Below are positions 61,901 through 64,000 of a stretch of 64,000 nt of DNA, piece by piece (the stretch's first letter is position 1; every line of letters begins with the position of its first letter). The DNA is from Mustelus asterias (lineage: Eukaryota), in the NCBI RefSeq assembly GCF_964213995.1, contig NC_135821.1, forward strand, positions 29,884,001-29,948,000, read 5' to 3'. The position numbers and the translations under genes were made by a program. The notes beneath the pieces are model-generated. The model was not told the DNA's origin. It saw nothing but the letters and a program-made list of their open reading frames with translations, and made no database searches.

Positions 61901-63656
61901 ATCCGTGGCGTTTATGTTCAGCAACACGCAGAGGAGCAAGATCAAGAACGATAAGATCTTGCGGTGGAGAATTGAGCTCTCCACCTATAATTACGATATT
62001 ATGTATCGTCCAGGGAAGCTCAATGAGCCCTCGGATGCCCTCTCGCGCGGAACATGCGCCATCATGCAGGAGGACCGCTTGAAGGCTCTCCACAATGATC
62101 TGTGTCATCCTGGAGTCACCAGACTCTACCATTTCGTCAAAGCCCGCAACCTGCCCTACTCGGTGGAGGATGTCAGGTCAGTGACGAGAAGCTGTCGGAT
62201 TTGCGCAGAATGCAAACCACACTTTTATCGACCAGACCGGGCACAATTGGTCAAGGCCACTCGCCCTTTTGAGAGGCTGAGTGTGGATTTTAAGGGCCCC
62301 CTTCCCTCAACGGACCGGAATGTCTATTTCCTCAACATAATAGACGAGTACTCCCGGTTCCCGTTTGTTGTCCCCTGTGCGGACACGTCGACTGCCACCG
62401 TCATCAAGGCATTCAGTGAGCTTTTTACCCTGTTCGGGTACCCCTGCTACATTCATAGCGACAGGGGCTCGTCGTTCATGAGCAACGACTTGAGGCAATT
62501 CCTGCTCTCATTCGGGATTGCCTCTAGTAGAACCACGAGCTACAACCCTAGGGGTAACGGACAGGTGGAAAGGGAGAATGCTACAGTCTGGAAGGCTGTC
62601 CTACTGGCACTGAAATCCAGGGGCCTTCCAGTCTCCCGTTGGCAGGAGGTCCTTCGAAATGCGCTCCATTCTATCCGCTCCCTCCTGTGTACGGCAACCA
62701 ATGCTACTCCCCACTAGAGGATGTTCTCATTCCCTCGGAAGTCGTCCTCGGGGATCTCATTGCCAGCCTGGTTGACGTACCCAGGACCCGTCCTTCTGCG
62801 GCGACATGTGAGGGCTCGCAGGTCCGACCCCTTGGTCGAACCGGTCCAACTCCTCCACGCCAACCCTCAGTATGCCTATGTGGCATATCCTGACGGGCGA
62901 GAGGACACTGTCTCCATTAGAGACCTGGCGCCCGCAGGGGACGTAACAACTCCTGTCGCTCCTATTCCCCCAGTCACGAATCCACTACTCCTCATTGCTT
63001 CCCCAGACGTGGCGCGGTCAGCACCGGGACCAGTGCATAACACTTTTACTCCCATGTACAGCTTGCCTGAGACTCGGAGATCGGCGCCACCATCACCACC
63101 ACCACCACCACCACCAAAGGTTCCAGGATCCCCTGCACCATCGCCTCACCAGGGCCAACCGGCCCGGGAGTCCTTGAGGGGACAGCCGGACGTTGTTTTG
63201 GAGAGAACGCCACCGCAAGCACCTGCTCCGGTTTCGCAACCGGTGTTGAGGAGATCACAGCGTCGGTGCGGTCCTCCAGACCGTCTGGACTTGTGAATTC
63301 TGTTTATATGACCTGTTTTTCTTGCACCCCGCCACCTTTTGTTTTTAAAGGAGGGGTGAATGTGGTGAACCATCGTTGGTTCACCATTGGGGGTTGTTAT
63401 TATGTTACTGTTGGGCTAGGGTGTTGTTACTGTGGGGGTTGTACTATGTTGTTGGGTTAGGGTGTTTACCTGTTATAGGTGTTATCATGGCACATTCCAG
63501 TGGGGTCCCGCCTCCGGTGGCGAGGTATAAGACCCTCTGCTCCGGCAGGACCCCTTCAGTCTGAACTGGTGTATTCGTGTTAGTAGTTCCATTGTTACAC
63601 AATAAAAGCCTTCAATATCGAAGCCTTGGTTCCACGTGCTTAATTGTCGCGCATCA
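58958..63656 (+). mobile_element. Full-length Ty3/Gypsy LTR retrotransposon
   Basis: 296-bp LTRs (58958-59253 and 63361-63656), TG...CA, 2 differences seen. 5-bp TSD GTAAC. PPT AAAGGAGGGGTGAA at 63347-63360. Confidence 0.97.
59301..63296 (+). pseudogene. Gypsy gag-pol polyprotein (Gag with two CCHC knuckles, protease, RT, RNase H, integrase) with one in-frame TAG at 62715-62717
   Basis: CYFCGGAKHPRQQC, CSQCGKKGHYGKVC, LFDSGS, DLKSAYHQ, YLDN, ESDASD, HHCC zinc finger and D-D-E (VDFKG/HSDRG/VERE). The frame continues after the stop (TPH*RMFSF). Confidence 0.93.
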
Positions 63657-63719
63657 GTAACCAGGGGCACCTTTAGGCTGGGAAGGCTTCTGTGATTGTG
63701 TTTTAACTGAACTTATAGC

Positions 63720-63922
63720 AAGGAGAGAGAAAAGAGACAGAGCAAGAAAGGAGGCAGGGAGAGAAAGTAGACGGAGAATGAACGGATTCAGGGAGAAAGG
63801 AAAGAGTGAGAAAGGAGATGAAGAGAAAATGGAGATACAGAGAGAAAGGAGACAGAGAAAGAGAACTGAGGTTGAATGCAAAAGGAGAGCAGGGAGAGGA
63901 AGGAGACAGAGAGAGAGAAAGG
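63720..63922. repeat. Polypurine (GA-rich) low-complexity tract
   Basis: Almost exclusively A/G on the + strand. Confidence 0.8.
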
Positions 63923-64000
63923 TGTGTGGCCGAATGGCCTGCAGAGATTAAACTTTTAATATTCTGAAAAATCTTCAAGCAAGCAAAACTGATTTTTGGC

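Noticed and set aside
62995-63177. Poly-His ORF
   Set aside because: An alternative frame of a (CCA)n poly-Pro tract in the Gypsy integrase tail.

Overview
Repeat-dense vertebrate genomic DNA, almost certainly from a shark or other cartilaginous fish (HE1/V-SINEs, HER1-like CR1 LINEs, Neptune-type Penelope remnants). Most of the window is nested transposable elements: CR1 LINEs (one with an intact 974-aa ORF2), Rex/Babar and Tx1/L1 fragments, about 25 SINEs, about 11 Penelope pieces, solo LTRs, a young near-intact Gypsy element, a Harbinger-type Myb/SANT exon and several minisatellites. There is one tRNA-Gln(TTG) gene. Hidden among the repeats is a minus-strand gene that the ORF track does not show properly. 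Three phase-compatible exons (leader 33653-33689, VJ-type Ig V domain 32346-32708, stalk+transmembrane 4544-4693) build a CD8/CD7/NITR-like single-V-domain receptor across a 27.6-kb intron. The most interesting RNA-level signals are: (i) minimal hammerhead ribozymes in the Penelope ends, with covariation across copies; (ii) a poly(A)-tailed retroposon with a U2 snRNA-derived head whose branch-site recognition sequence is masked in a hairpin; (iii) a Gypsy element with no tRNA primer site, which instead has a perfect 15-nt complement of its own LTR poly(A) signal. All calls are by eye and repeat boundaries are approximate.
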